Shown here one piece after another: positions 24,145-32,674 of a DNA stretch of 47,098 nt. A model generated the notes under the pieces. That model was not told the origin of the DNA and searched no databases. It saw only the letters and a list, made by a program, of their open reading frames with translations. Source of the DNA: a virus. Its lineage: Duplodnaviria > Caudoviricetes. Both the position numbers and the translations under genes were made by a program. Every line of letters starts with the position of its first letter. Positions within the stretch are counted from its first letter, which is position 1. The stretch covers positions 1 through 47,098 of the IMG/VR virus record IMGVR_UViG_3300037751_000128. The stretch is one strand, 5' to 3'.

Positions 24145-25556
24145 TGGACATCAGCTACACCCCTCCCGGTCCTATTTGTCGGGAGTACCTGCTCGACCGT
24201 TCGTTCGTAAGCCTCATAGCCGGTCCGGTGGGCTCGGGAAAGACCGTTGGTTCCATTATGAAGGGCATGGCCGTCAGCATGGCCCAGGAGCCCTACGAAC
24301 GGACCAGATATACCAGGGGGATGATCCTACGGAATACCTACCCTGAGCTGAGAAGCACGGTCATAAAGTCTTTCCAGGAGTGGTTCCCGGAGGAGGTCGC
24401 CCCGATAAATTGGGCTTCACCTATTTCGGCCAAGTTGGACTTCTGGCTCCCGGATAAAACGAGGGTGAAGTGTGAGGTCCTGTTTTTAGCCCTGGACCGT
24501 CCGGAGGATGTTGGAAAGCTGAAGTCTTTGGAATTGACCTGGGCGGCTATTTCGGAGATGTCGGAGGTCCCGAAAGCTGTGTTTGACATGTGTTCTCAAA
24601 GGGTAGGTAGATATCCCCCCCAAAGATGGGGAGGGCCGACTTGGTATGGAATGTTTGGGGATACAAACTTTCCGGATGACGATCATTTTATCTACAGGTT
24701 GTTCGAGGAAGAAAAGCCGGAAGGGTTCAAGTTCTTCCGACAACCAGGTGGTTTGTTGGATAAAGGCGGGATTTACGTACCCAATTCAGAAGCCGAAAAC
24801 ATCCCCAATTTACCCGGTGGGCACGAGTACTACTTAAGACAAATTCAGGGCAAGAACAAAGAGTGGATCAAGGTCTATGCTTTAGCTCAATGGGGAACCA
24901 TAGCCTCTGGAAAGCCGGTTTACCCGGAGTGGAATGACGAGCTTCATTCCAGGGAGGTCAAACCATATGTTGGGCTACCCCTTTTACTGGGTTTCGACTA
25001 CGGACTGACGCCAGCTTGCGTGGTTGGTCAAGTTACTCCTAGGGGCCAGCTTCGTGTTTTTTCTGATCTGCTTGGTAATGACATGGGCATTCGCCAATTT
25101 GCCAGGGACGCTGTCAAGCCGTTTCTGGCGATGAACTTCCCGGGTTATAAGATTCAAGCGACTGGAGATCCTGCCGGAAATAGAAGGGCGGATTCGGACG
25201 AGAAAACTTGCTTCATGGAACTTGCTGAAGCAGGCATACCGGCAATGCCGGCAATCACGAATGAGTTTGTCGCCCGCAGAGAGGCTGTTGCTGGGTATCT
25301 CACGAAGCTTATTGATGGGCAGCCGGGGCTGGCGGTATCACCAAACGCGAGATTCATCCGGAAGGGCTTTAACGGCGGCTATCACTACAAAAGAGTCCAG
25401 GTAACCGGCGACGAGAGGTATAGAGACGTTCCGGAAAAGAACGACTTTAGTCACCCGCATGATGCTCTCCAGTACATGGCCTTATTCAGCAAGACCTACC
25501 ACGCAGCACAAGATTTCGGAAAGAAGATTGAATATCCAAAGTTAGGCGTCGTGTGA
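24144..25556 (+). CDS. terL: Terminase large subunit
   Basis: Walker A GPVGSGKT; RNase H-like GFDYG, GDPAG and HPHDALQY. Confidence 0.92.
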   Translation: MDISYTPPGPICREYLLDRSFVSLIAGPVGSGKTVGSIMKGMAVSMAQEPYERTRYTRGMILRNTYPELRSTVIKSFQEWFPEEVAPINWASPISAKLDFWLPDKTRVKCEVLFLALDRPEDVGKLKSLELTWAAISEMSEVPKAVFDMCSQRVGRYPPQRWGGPTWYGMFGDTNFPDDDHFIYRLFEEEKPEGFKFFRQPGGLLDKGGIYVPNSEAENIPNLPGGHEYYLRQIQGKNKEWIKVYALAQWGTIASGKPVYPEWNDELHSREVKPYVGLPLLLGFDYGLTPACVVGQVTPRGQLRVFSDLLGNDMGIRQFARDAVKPFLAMNFPGYKIQATGDPAGNRRADSDEKTCFMELAEAGIPAMPAITNEFVARREAVAGYLTKLIDGQPGLAVSPNARFIRKGFNGGYHYKRVQVTGDERYRDVPEKNDFSHPHDALQYMALFSKTYHAAQDFGKKIEYPKLGVV

Positions 25557-26362
25557 TCCTCGTTTGTGGGGATGCGATGCTGGATGAGTACTGGTTCGGG
25601 GAGGTAACGAGGATATCTCCCGAGGCTCCGGTGCCCATTATCTCGGTTGAAAGAACAGAAAGACGAGATGGGGCAGCTTCTAACGTCGCTAACAACGTGG
25701 AAGCGATGGGAGTAGGAGTAAGAAGGGTTTTTGGAAGCGGTGGGCGGATAAGAAAACTCAGGGTCGTGAGCAAAAAGCAGCAGATGCTCAGGATAGATTT
25801 CGATTCGCCCCAGGAACCGATTACCAGACTGGATTTGTCGGGAATAGATATCGTCGTGTTTGTTGACTACGGGAAGGGCTCTTTAGCGAGGGTCCAGGAC
25901 CTGATTCAGCAGTGCAAGAGAGAGGGGAAAACCGTCTTGGTAGACCCTAAGGGCTATGACTACGAGCGCTACAGAGGCGCGGATCTGGTTAAACCAAACC
26001 TGGATGAGATGAAAGTCATGGTTGGAGGTTGGAAGGACGAAGAGGATTTAGCGAACAAGGTACAGGAGATAAAAAGAAGGGCAGAGATTCGAGCGATTCT
26101 TCTTACAAGGGCATCTGAAGGCATGACCCTGTACGAAGACTGGTCTACCAGGATCTACGCAGAGTCCAGAGAACTGGTTGACGTATCTGGGGCTGGAGAA
26201 ACAGCTATAGCGGCTTTTGCAGTTGCCGTTCACGAGGGGCATGACTTTTATCAGGCGGCTAAATTCGCCAACAAGGCCGCTGGGGTTGCGGTTGGTAGAT
26301 TTGGAACAGCCGTAGTGGGGAGAGATGAAGTCTTCACTCTCGGAACTTGTCAGGAAGGCTAA
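25553..26362 (+). CDS. hldE: HldE/RfaE-type heptose-7-phosphate kinase (PfkB family)
   Basis: GDAMLDEYWFGEVTRISPEAPVP, DYGKG, VLVDPKG, DVSGAGET. Confidence 0.88.
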   Translation: MILVCGDAMLDEYWFGEVTRISPEAPVPIISVERTERRDGAASNVANNVEAMGVGVRRVFGSGGRIRKLRVVSKKQQMLRIDFDSPQEPITRLDLSGIDIVVFVDYGKGSLARVQDLIQQCKREGKTVLVDPKGYDYERYRGADLVKPNLDEMKVMVGGWKDEEDLANKVQEIKRRAEIRAILLTRASEGMTLYEDWSTRIYAESRELVDVSGAGETAIAAFAVAVHEGHDFYQAAKFANKAAGVAVGRFGTAVVGRDEVFTLGTCQEG

Positions 26363-26732
26363 GAGGGTTTATCTCATTGGAAATGGAGGGAGTTACGCGA
26401 ATGCTGTTCATATCGCGAACGATCTTCTCTCTGTTGGCATAAAAGCCTTCACGCTCGACCCCGCGACTTTGACTGCTTTTGCCAACGACTACGGGTATGA
26501 AACCGTTTTTGCCCGGTGGATCGAGAAAGTAGGAGAACCCGGAGATTTGCTAATAGCTCTCTCCGGGTCTGGTAAGTCCCCGAACATCCTGTCTGCGGTG
26601 TGGACTGCGGAAAATATAGGAATGATGGCTGTGCTAGTCACCCATTATCTAAATGGGGTGGATATGCAGCAGTCAGAAGAGGAGCAATTGGTACTTGGTC
26701 ATCAGGTGCTGAAGGAGCTGCGTGACCGTTGA
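26325..26732 (+). CDS. gmhA: GmhA-like SIS sedoheptulose-7-phosphate isomerase (compact)
   Basis: GNGGS..NA.HIA.D, TAFANDYGYE.VF, GDLLIALSGSGKSPN. Confidence 0.85.
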   Translation: MKSSLSELVRKAKRVYLIGNGGSYANAVHIANDLLSVGIKAFTLDPATLTAFANDYGYETVFARWIEKVGEPGDLLIALSGSGKSPNILSAVWTAENIGMMAVLVTHYLNGVDMQQSEEEQLVLGHQVLKELRDR

Positions 26733-27291
26733 CGAGCTGATAGATTTCGAGACCGACATAGCGCGAGAGTTCGAGGCTGGGCGCATTCATGCTCCGGTCC
26801 ATCTCAGCGGCGGGAACGAACTTCAGCTAATCGAAATCTTCAGAGACATCCGCCCGAATGACTGGGTGCTGTCCACATGGCGCTCGCATTATCACGCGCT
26901 GCTGAAAGGAATCCCCGCCACGGAGGTCAAGGCGCAGATCATCTCCGGGCGATCCATGTTTATCAGCAGCGTAGAGCATCGGTTCATGTCCTCTGCCATT
27001 ATGGGCGGCATGTTACCCATAGCGTGCGGACTGGGTTATTCAGGGGAGAGGGTGTGGTGCTTCGTGGGGGATATGTGTGAAAGTATCGGGGCGTTTCATG
27101 ATGCGGTGAAGTTCGCTGACGGCTACGGCCTCGATATCCGCTTCGTAGTGGAGGACAACGGCCTCAGCACGAATACGCCGACTAAGGCAGCGTGGCGCTA
27201 CGGGAGGGTCAGAGAAACCAGGGTTACGCGCTACACCTACACGCGCAGATGGCCGCACTATCAGCCGTTACCCGGGCAGCATGGATTTTAA
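26722..27291 (+). CDS. ThDP-dependent enzyme, E1 alpha-like subunit
   Basis: PVHLSGGNE, WRSHYHALLKG, GDM...EDN ThDP-binding motif variant. Confidence 0.8.
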   Translation: MTVDELIDFETDIAREFEAGRIHAPVHLSGGNELQLIEIFRDIRPNDWVLSTWRSHYHALLKGIPATEVKAQIISGRSMFISSVEHRFMSSAIMGGMLPIACGLGYSGERVWCFVGDMCESIGAFHDAVKFADGYGLDIRFVVEDNGLSTNTPTKAAWRYGRVRETRVTRYTYTRRWPHYQPLPGQHGF

Positions 27292-27787
27292 CGAAGCCGT
27301 CAACGCCGCCATGCTGATGCTGGCAGCAGAGGAGCGCACGTTATTTGTGGGTCAGTCCGTGCTGTGGGACGGCGCGACGATGTATCACAGCCTGAAAGGT
27401 GTGCCATTAGAGAAACGTTTGGAAATGCCGGTTATAGAGGACTTCCAACTAGGTTTTTGCGTCGGCCTGTCGCTGTCGGGGAAGATTCCAATTTGCATCT
27501 ATCCGAGAATGGACTTTCTGTTACTTGGCATGAATCAACTGGTCAACCACTTGGACCGCTTCTGTGAGATGGGAGACTTCAGGCCAAAGGTGATAGTCCG
27601 AACGCGGGTAGGGCCGAAGCGTCCGCTTAACGCGGGGCCGCAGCACACGAACGACTACACTGGGGCTTTCGAGCGAATGCTGCGCAATGTGGAGGTAGTA
27701 GAGCTGAACCACTCAGCAGATGTGATGCCGGGATATCGTGATGCGCTGTCGAGTACGCATTCGACTTTGATTGTGGAAAATGGCTGA
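27281..27787 (+). CDS. ThDP-dependent enzyme, E1 beta/transketolase pyrimidine-binding subunit
   Basis: FVGQSV, LEMPVIE.FQLG...G, NQLVNH, GPQH; lacks the C-terminal domain. Confidence 0.8.
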   Translation: MDFNEAVNAAMLMLAAEERTLFVGQSVLWDGATMYHSLKGVPLEKRLEMPVIEDFQLGFCVGLSLSGKIPICIYPRMDFLLLGMNQLVNHLDRFCEMGDFRPKVIVRTRVGPKRPLNAGPQHTNDYTGAFERMLRNVEVVELNHSADVMPGYRDALSSTHSTLIVENG

Positions 27788-27977
27788 GAATGGACTTCAG
27801 GTAGTTGTTCGTTTCCCAGAAACTATCTCACATGAAGTACAAGGTCCTGCTCTGCTATGGCTGGAGCTGACGCTTCGTACTCTTACGAAGCTCGATATCC
27901 GTGTTGTGAAGGACCTTCAGGGCGACGACAGCAAACTGCGCAAGCTAATGACGATCCACCAGCGGGAGAAACTCTAA
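27780..27977 (+). CDS. Hypothetical protein in the sugar cluster
   Basis: Coupled to both neighbours. Confidence 0.5.
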   Translation: MAENGLQVVVRFPETISHEVQGPALLWLELTLRTLTKLDIRVVKDLQGDDSKLRKLMTIHQREKL

Positions 27978-29107
27978 TATTCGATGAACATGCAGAACTA
28001 GTCGCCGGCAAGGAAATGACGCTGGACGGCTCCAACATCGGCTACCACCGAGAGCGTGTTGAAGCCTGGGAGCGCGGAGAACGGGTAGCGCCTATCTTCA
28101 TGGACATAGCCTGGACTCGGAAGTGTCAGGCTGCTTGTCATTTCTGTTATGCGCAGGCGCAGGCCTCGGAAGGCGGCGAGATCACTCGTGATATCGCCAT
28201 GCAGTTTTTAGAGGATGCCGCCGAGATCGGCGTACTCGCCATGAATTACATATCGGACGGCGAGTCAACGATGGTGCCTTATTACGCCGAGGCTGTTGAG
28301 AAGGCTACAGACCTGGGCATTGCAATCGGAGCGGGTACTAATGGAATTGCTCTACCCCAGGAAGTGCTGGAGAGAATCCTGCCGCGCTTGATGTCACTTA
28401 GAGTTAACTTCTCTGCCGGCGAGAAGAAGCGCTATGCAGAGATCATGGGCCTCAAGCAAGCGGTCTATGACATCGTAGTCAGGAATATCCGCAATGCTGT
28501 TCGTCTGGTAAGAGACAACGGCTGGCCGTGCGTCGTGAACATGAATCTCGTCTGCGACCCGAAGGACGCCGACCAGTTGCTGCCGTTTGCCAAGCTCGCC
28601 AAGGATTTAGGGGTCCACTACGCGATCATCAAGCACTGTGCTGTAGATACCGATGGCGTTCTGGACGTGGATTACAAGGCGTATGACCAGATCGAGGAAA
28701 CGCTGCGCCAGTGCGAGGAACTGTCGAATGACGATACCAAGATCGTCGTCAAGTGGAACAAGCTAAAGCACAAAGGCATCAGGCAATATTCGCGGTGTTT
28801 TGGACCTCCGTTTGCTCTGCAGATGTCGGGGAATGGGCTCATAGCCCCGTGTGGACCTTTGTTCAACGAGAAGTACCGTGCTTTCCATATCGGCAACATT
28901 ACTACTCAGCGCTTCAAGGATATGTTTCATGGAGAACGGTATTGGGAGGTCATGAGATACCTCGCCTCTGACGAGTTCGACCCCAGAAAGCGCTGCCCCT
29001 CAGACTGCATGCAGAACCTCACAAACGACTGGCTATACCGATATCTTGATGGCAAGGTGACGTTCCCGCTCACTCCAGCGCCGGCCAACGTGAGGTTCCT
29101 TGCTTGA
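27977..29107 (+). CDS. Radical SAM enzyme with SPASM/twitch-like C-terminus
   Basis: CQAACHFC (CxxxCxxC); C...G.IAPC...C...C. Start uncertain: ATA 27977 has a GGGAG RBS; first ATG is 28016; track start is 27857. Confidence 0.88.
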   Translation: MFDEHAELVAGKEMTLDGSNIGYHRERVEAWERGERVAPIFMDIAWTRKCQAACHFCYAQAQASEGGEITRDIAMQFLEDAAEIGVLAMNYISDGESTMVPYYAEAVEKATDLGIAIGAGTNGIALPQEVLERILPRLMSLRVNFSAGEKKRYAEIMGLKQAVYDIVVRNIRNAVRLVRDNGWPCVVNMNLVCDPKDADQLLPFAKLAKDLGVHYAIIKHCAVDTDGVLDVDYKAYDQIEETLRQCEELSNDDTKIVVKWNKLKHKGIRQYSRCFGPPFALQMSGNGLIAPCGPLFNEKYRAFHIGNITTQRFKDMFHGERYWEVMRYLASDEFDPRKRCPSDCMQNLTNDWLYRYLDGKVTFPLTPAPANVRFLA

Positions 29108-29556
29108 TTCTCATAGTTGGGCATCGCGGGATTCTTGGTTCAGCGCTGGAGCGGCATGGGAGAACTACACGCTACGAGAGGCGGCTTGGAGAAAATCACC
29201 ACATTACGGACGCTTATACCTCGGCTATCCTCTGCGCCGGCACTAAGGGCTTTCACGAGTGCGACGGTAATGATGGAGTATTCCGGGACGACGTAGACGG
29301 CAATATCAGCCTCATCCGTGCGCTTCTGAAAAACCAGGTATTTGTGGTGTTCATCTCCACCGAAGCGGTGGAGCGGATAGGGCATCGTGCCGCCTACTCC
29401 AGCAACCGGCTGCTGGTGGAGCAATACCTGTGGGGGCAGGAGAACAACGCGATTGTGAGACCCGGGAGGTTCGATAAGTCCAACGTAGATGATCTGGCCA
29501 TATTCTGTCTACGCATTGCACAGAGTAAACAACAGGGGATTCATCGCTGGCCATGA
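29104..29556 (+). CDS. Short NAD(P)-binding sugar epimerase/reductase (RmlD-like)
   Basis: LIVGHRGILG Rossmann motif, FIST, AAY, IVRPG. Confidence 0.65.
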   Translation: MILIVGHRGILGSALERHGRTTRYERRLGENHHITDAYTSAILCAGTKGFHECDGNDGVFRDDVDGNISLIRALLKNQVFVVFISTEAVERIGHRAAYSSNRLLVEQYLWGQENNAIVRPGRFDKSNVDDLAIFCLRIAQSKQQGIHRWP

Positions 29557-30317
29557 GCGACCTGGAGCGCGATGGAGTGTTTGTACGCCGTAGAGCAGTT
29601 ACACCCGATGCTCTGGCGCGCGTGATAGACGAATATCAGAGTGCTGACCATGACCTTGCAGAGCCTGTCAAGCATCAACCGATTGTAGGGTTTTGGACTT
29701 TCGTTGAGGGCGACAAAAAGAGATTCCGCCTGTTAGAGAAGATGCCTGCTCTACAGGCGCTAGCTCATGACGTGGCCGAATATGTCTCAACGATCTCTCA
29801 AGGCAAGCTGCGGCTTCTGGAGAGCATCGTATTCAACAAACCCCCTAAGAGGGCTGGGCTGCTGCACTGGCATCAGGACGTGAGTTACTTCCCTTTGGAG
29901 CCCAACAACCAGATAGCGTGCTGGATGCCGTTTGACGTTGTTACAGAGAACTCGGGAGCTATGCTCTACGCTCTACGCTCGCATCTTGACGGCACTAGGG
30001 GATCTAGCAACCTGCTCTCCGGAGTTCCGTTAAACGGCGAGACACGAGATCCTTTGCCCAAGGACCCGCGTCTGGAGGGATACGAGGTTAAGTGCTTCGA
30101 GATGTTCCCTGGCGACATGCTGATCCACGATGGCCGGACGTGGCACGCAAGCGGACCTAATACGTCTACGCGCGAGCGCCGTGGATTGTCGTTTCGCTAC
30201 ATCGTGGGCGATACATGGTACATGCGGCGTGGTGGTTCGGCTGGGCCGTTCACGAAACAGACTGACTTGAGGGACGGTGAACTGGTAGATGATCCTGCGT
30301 TCCCGGTCATGGCGTGA
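29553..30317 (+). CDS. 2OG-Fe(II) dioxygenase (PhyH family)
   Basis: FNKPP, HWHQD, GDMLIH...WHASGPN...RR. Confidence 0.88.
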   Translation: MSDLERDGVFVRRRAVTPDALARVIDEYQSADHDLAEPVKHQPIVGFWTFVEGDKKRFRLLEKMPALQALAHDVAEYVSTISQGKLRLLESIVFNKPPKRAGLLHWHQDVSYFPLEPNNQIACWMPFDVVTENSGAMLYALRSHLDGTRGSSNLLSGVPLNGETRDPLPKDPRLEGYEVKCFEMFPGDMLIHDGRTWHASGPNTSTRERRGLSFRYIVGDTWYMRRGGSAGPFTKQTDLRDGELVDDPAFPVMA

Positions 30318-30718
30318 AAGTAGTCCTCTGCCACGGCATATTCGATCTCCTGCACATGGGGCATATCGTGCATTTGAGGGGAGCCAGGAAGTTCGGGGAC
30401 TGGGTGGTTGTTTCAGTGGTGGCTGATAAGTACGTAACGAAGACGACTTTGGTGTATGACCAAGTAGAGCGTCTGGCTTTGCTGGCTGCCGTCAGGTACG
30501 TGGATGAGGTTATTCTTTGCGAGGCCCCAACCCCGGAAATGGTTATTGAAAAGCTACGGCCTGACGTGTACGTGAGAGGGTCGGACTATATCGGTAAGAG
30601 AATGCCGGAGGATGGAATCCTTGGACAGTTGTGGATTCCGGTGCGGCACACAGAGTCCATTCCAATACACACATCGGACATCATAGAGAGAATCAGGAAT
30701 GTGGTTACTTCCGAGTAG
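30314..30718 (+). CDS. Cytidylyltransferase-family nucleotidyltransferase (HldE-II/TagD-like)
   Basis: GIFDLLHMGH (HxGH), RYVDEV, RPDVYVRGSDY, TSDIIERI. Confidence 0.85.
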   Translation: MKVVLCHGIFDLLHMGHIVHLRGARKFGDWVVVSVVADKYVTKTTLVYDQVERLALLAAVRYVDEVILCEAPTPEMVIEKLRPDVYVRGSDYIGKRMPEDGILGQLWIPVRHTESIPIHTSDIIERIRNVVTSE

Positions 30719-31352
30719 AGGAAGACCTCATTTAGCGCAGAGGTTGTTCGACAAAGGCAACTTTCAGACACAGGGTTTGTTGATTCTGTGCCACGACGAT
30801 TCAACCCAGTACGACAAGGTAAGACTCCCGGATAAGTGGGAGAAGGTCGTTTTCAGGAAAGATTTTCTTTCCGGGAAGATAAACAAAGGGTTTAGGTACA
30901 GACCCAACGAGACTTGGTATGGGCTTCTGAACGACGACCACCTACCAAAGACCGAGAACTGGGATACTAAATTAGTAGACGCCCTTAAATGGCCTATAGT
31001 CTGGCCGCAGGACAACTACGCAGACCGCATATCTACGCCAGTGATGAGCGGGGACTTCGTAAGAAAACTGGGATGGTTTGCGTGTCCCGACCTGAAGCAT
31101 TTTTATATAGATGACGTCCACGAGCTGATAGCTAGAGAATTCGGCTGCAAGAGGCTGGATTCAGTGATGGTGTCTCACGAACATGTGAACAAGGGGAGGA
31201 TGCCGCCTGACAGGACCTATATGGAAAGGCCGTCCATGATGGCGGATCGACAAGCTTACTTTGTGTGGCTTAAGGAGAAGTGGCCTGATATCCGCGAAAG
31301 GATTGGTTGTCCCGAACGAATGCTGGCGCTGGATAAAGCTTCAGAGGACTGA
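30699..31352 (+). CDS. GT-A fold glycosyltransferase
   Basis: LLPSRGRP, LLNDD metal-binding motif, HFYIDD, HEH. Confidence 0.65.
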   Translation: MWLLPSRGRPHLAQRLFDKGNFQTQGLLILCHDDSTQYDKVRLPDKWEKVVFRKDFLSGKINKGFRYRPNETWYGLLNDDHLPKTENWDTKLVDALKWPIVWPQDNYADRISTPVMSGDFVRKLGWFACPDLKHFYIDDVHELIAREFGCKRLDSVMVSHEHVNKGRMPPDRTYMERPSMMADRQAYFVWLKEKWPDIRERIGCPERMLALDKASED

Positions 31353-31800
31353 CGGCTACGCCATAGAAGAAGACTTCAGGATGATCGAGCCCTACCTTCC
31401 GGATAGGGTCGAATCCATACTGGATATAGGTTGCGGCATGGCTGGGATTGATGTCTTGCTGAAGCGCAAATTTCCACATGCAAGGCTGGAACTGCTGGAC
31501 GGAGACGGCGAGGTTGGAAGTTGCGGGTTTACCAGCGTGATAGGAAACTCGCGCAAAGCTACTGAAGCTTTGTTGAAGGCAAACGGGGTCGAGTGCGACA
31601 GGTGGCACGAGGTAGGAACAAAAGAGGAGCTGAAGGCTGATCTGGTGATTTCTCTGCTCTCGTGGGGATTTCACTACCCGCTAGACACATACCGAGTCAA
31701 GGGCTTCTGCATCGCGGACCTTAGACGTGGAAAGGAAGACACAAGGGGCGTTGTGATAGCGGCGGCGCAAAAATACAGGCGCTGCGCTTTTGTATGCTGA
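31303..31800 (+). CDS. Class I SAM-dependent methyltransferase
   Basis: ILDIGCGMAG, DLVISLLSWGFHY; start inferred at TTG (track start 31261). Confidence 0.8.
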   Translation: MVVPNECWRWIKLQRTDGYAIEEDFRMIEPYLPDRVESILDIGCGMAGIDVLLKRKFPHARLELLDGDGEVGSCGFTSVIGNSRKATEALLKANGVECDRWHEVGTKEELKADLVISLLSWGFHYPLDTYRVKGFCIADLRRGKEDTRGVVIAAAQKYRRCAFVC

Positions 31801-32414
31801 CGGTTCTTTGTGTTCTTAGGACTGGAGAGGAATACACCCCTGAGTGGGTTAGAAAACTACGGGATGGCGTAGCGAGGAATCTGACGGTTCCCTATACGTT
31901 CAAGTGCCTCTCGGACGTAGACGTACCTTGCGAGCGGATACCTTTAGTTCATAACTGGCCTGGCTGGTGGTCGAAGATCGAGCTATTCAGGGTGGTAGAC
32001 GGCCCTACCCTTTACCTCGATCTAGACACCGTGGTAACCGGCAGTCTGGATCACCTTGCAGACCTGGACATGGACTTTGCGATGCTGAGCAACTTCCACG
32101 TCCCATCGTTTGTAGGTTCCGGTGTGATGTGGTTCAGGAAGCCTTTAAAACGCGTCTACCTGAGATTTTGCGAGAAGCCGTACAAGTGGATCGACTACCA
32201 CGAGAAAAAGAGGAATGGGCCTTATCTGGGAGATCAAGCTTTCATATGGGATTCGCTGAGACAGAGAGTTGACCATCTCCCGATGGAAACTATCAAGTCA
32301 TACAAGTTTCATTGCGTGAGCGGACTTCCCTCGGAAACCTCGATTGTCTGTTTCCATGGTCTTCCGAAGCTCACTGACGTTAAAGCGGATTGGATAGAGG
32401 AAAACTGGAAATGA
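31794..32414 (+). CDS. GT-A fold glycosyltransferase (GT8-like)
   Basis: WWSKIELF, LYLDLD (DxD), GDQAFI, VCFHGLPK. Confidence 0.8.
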   Translation: MLTVLCVLRTGEEYTPEWVRKLRDGVARNLTVPYTFKCLSDVDVPCERIPLVHNWPGWWSKIELFRVVDGPTLYLDLDTVVTGSLDHLADLDMDFAMLSNFHVPSFVGSGVMWFRKPLKRVYLRFCEKPYKWIDYHEKKRNGPYLGDQAFIWDSLRQRVDHLPMETIKSYKFHCVSGLPSETSIVCFHGLPKLTDVKADWIEENWK

Positions 32415-32674
32415 GTCTGGCGATGCTGAATCGGATTAAGGCGCTGGAAGTAAAGGTAACGGCGCTGGAGGGCAAGATCTCAGAGCAGGCAAAGTATGCT
32501 GAGGTAGTCAGGCAAATCATAGACAGTCAAACCCTTGCCAGCAAGCCGTTACGCAAGATGTGCCCCAAGTGCGGGGTGATGCCCGCGTACTTCTTCCACG
32601 TTAAGAACTGCAACGCCGATAAGAACAAAAATAATGGCGAAACTGACGGAAACGGAGCTCCGGGCTCTACTTGA
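32411..32674 (+). CDS. Hypothetical coiled-coil/Zn-finger protein
   Basis: ATGA coupling; CPKC...H..C. Confidence 0.5.
   Translation: MSLAMLNRIKALEVKVTALEGKISEQAKYAEVVRQIIDSQTLASKPLRKMCPKCGVMPAYFFHVKNCNADKNKNNGETDGNGAPGST

Noticed and set aside
26722-27787. Pyruvate dehydrogenase as an energy-metabolism auxiliary gene
   Set aside because: Subunits are truncated, E2/E3 are absent and the context is sugar biosynthesis.
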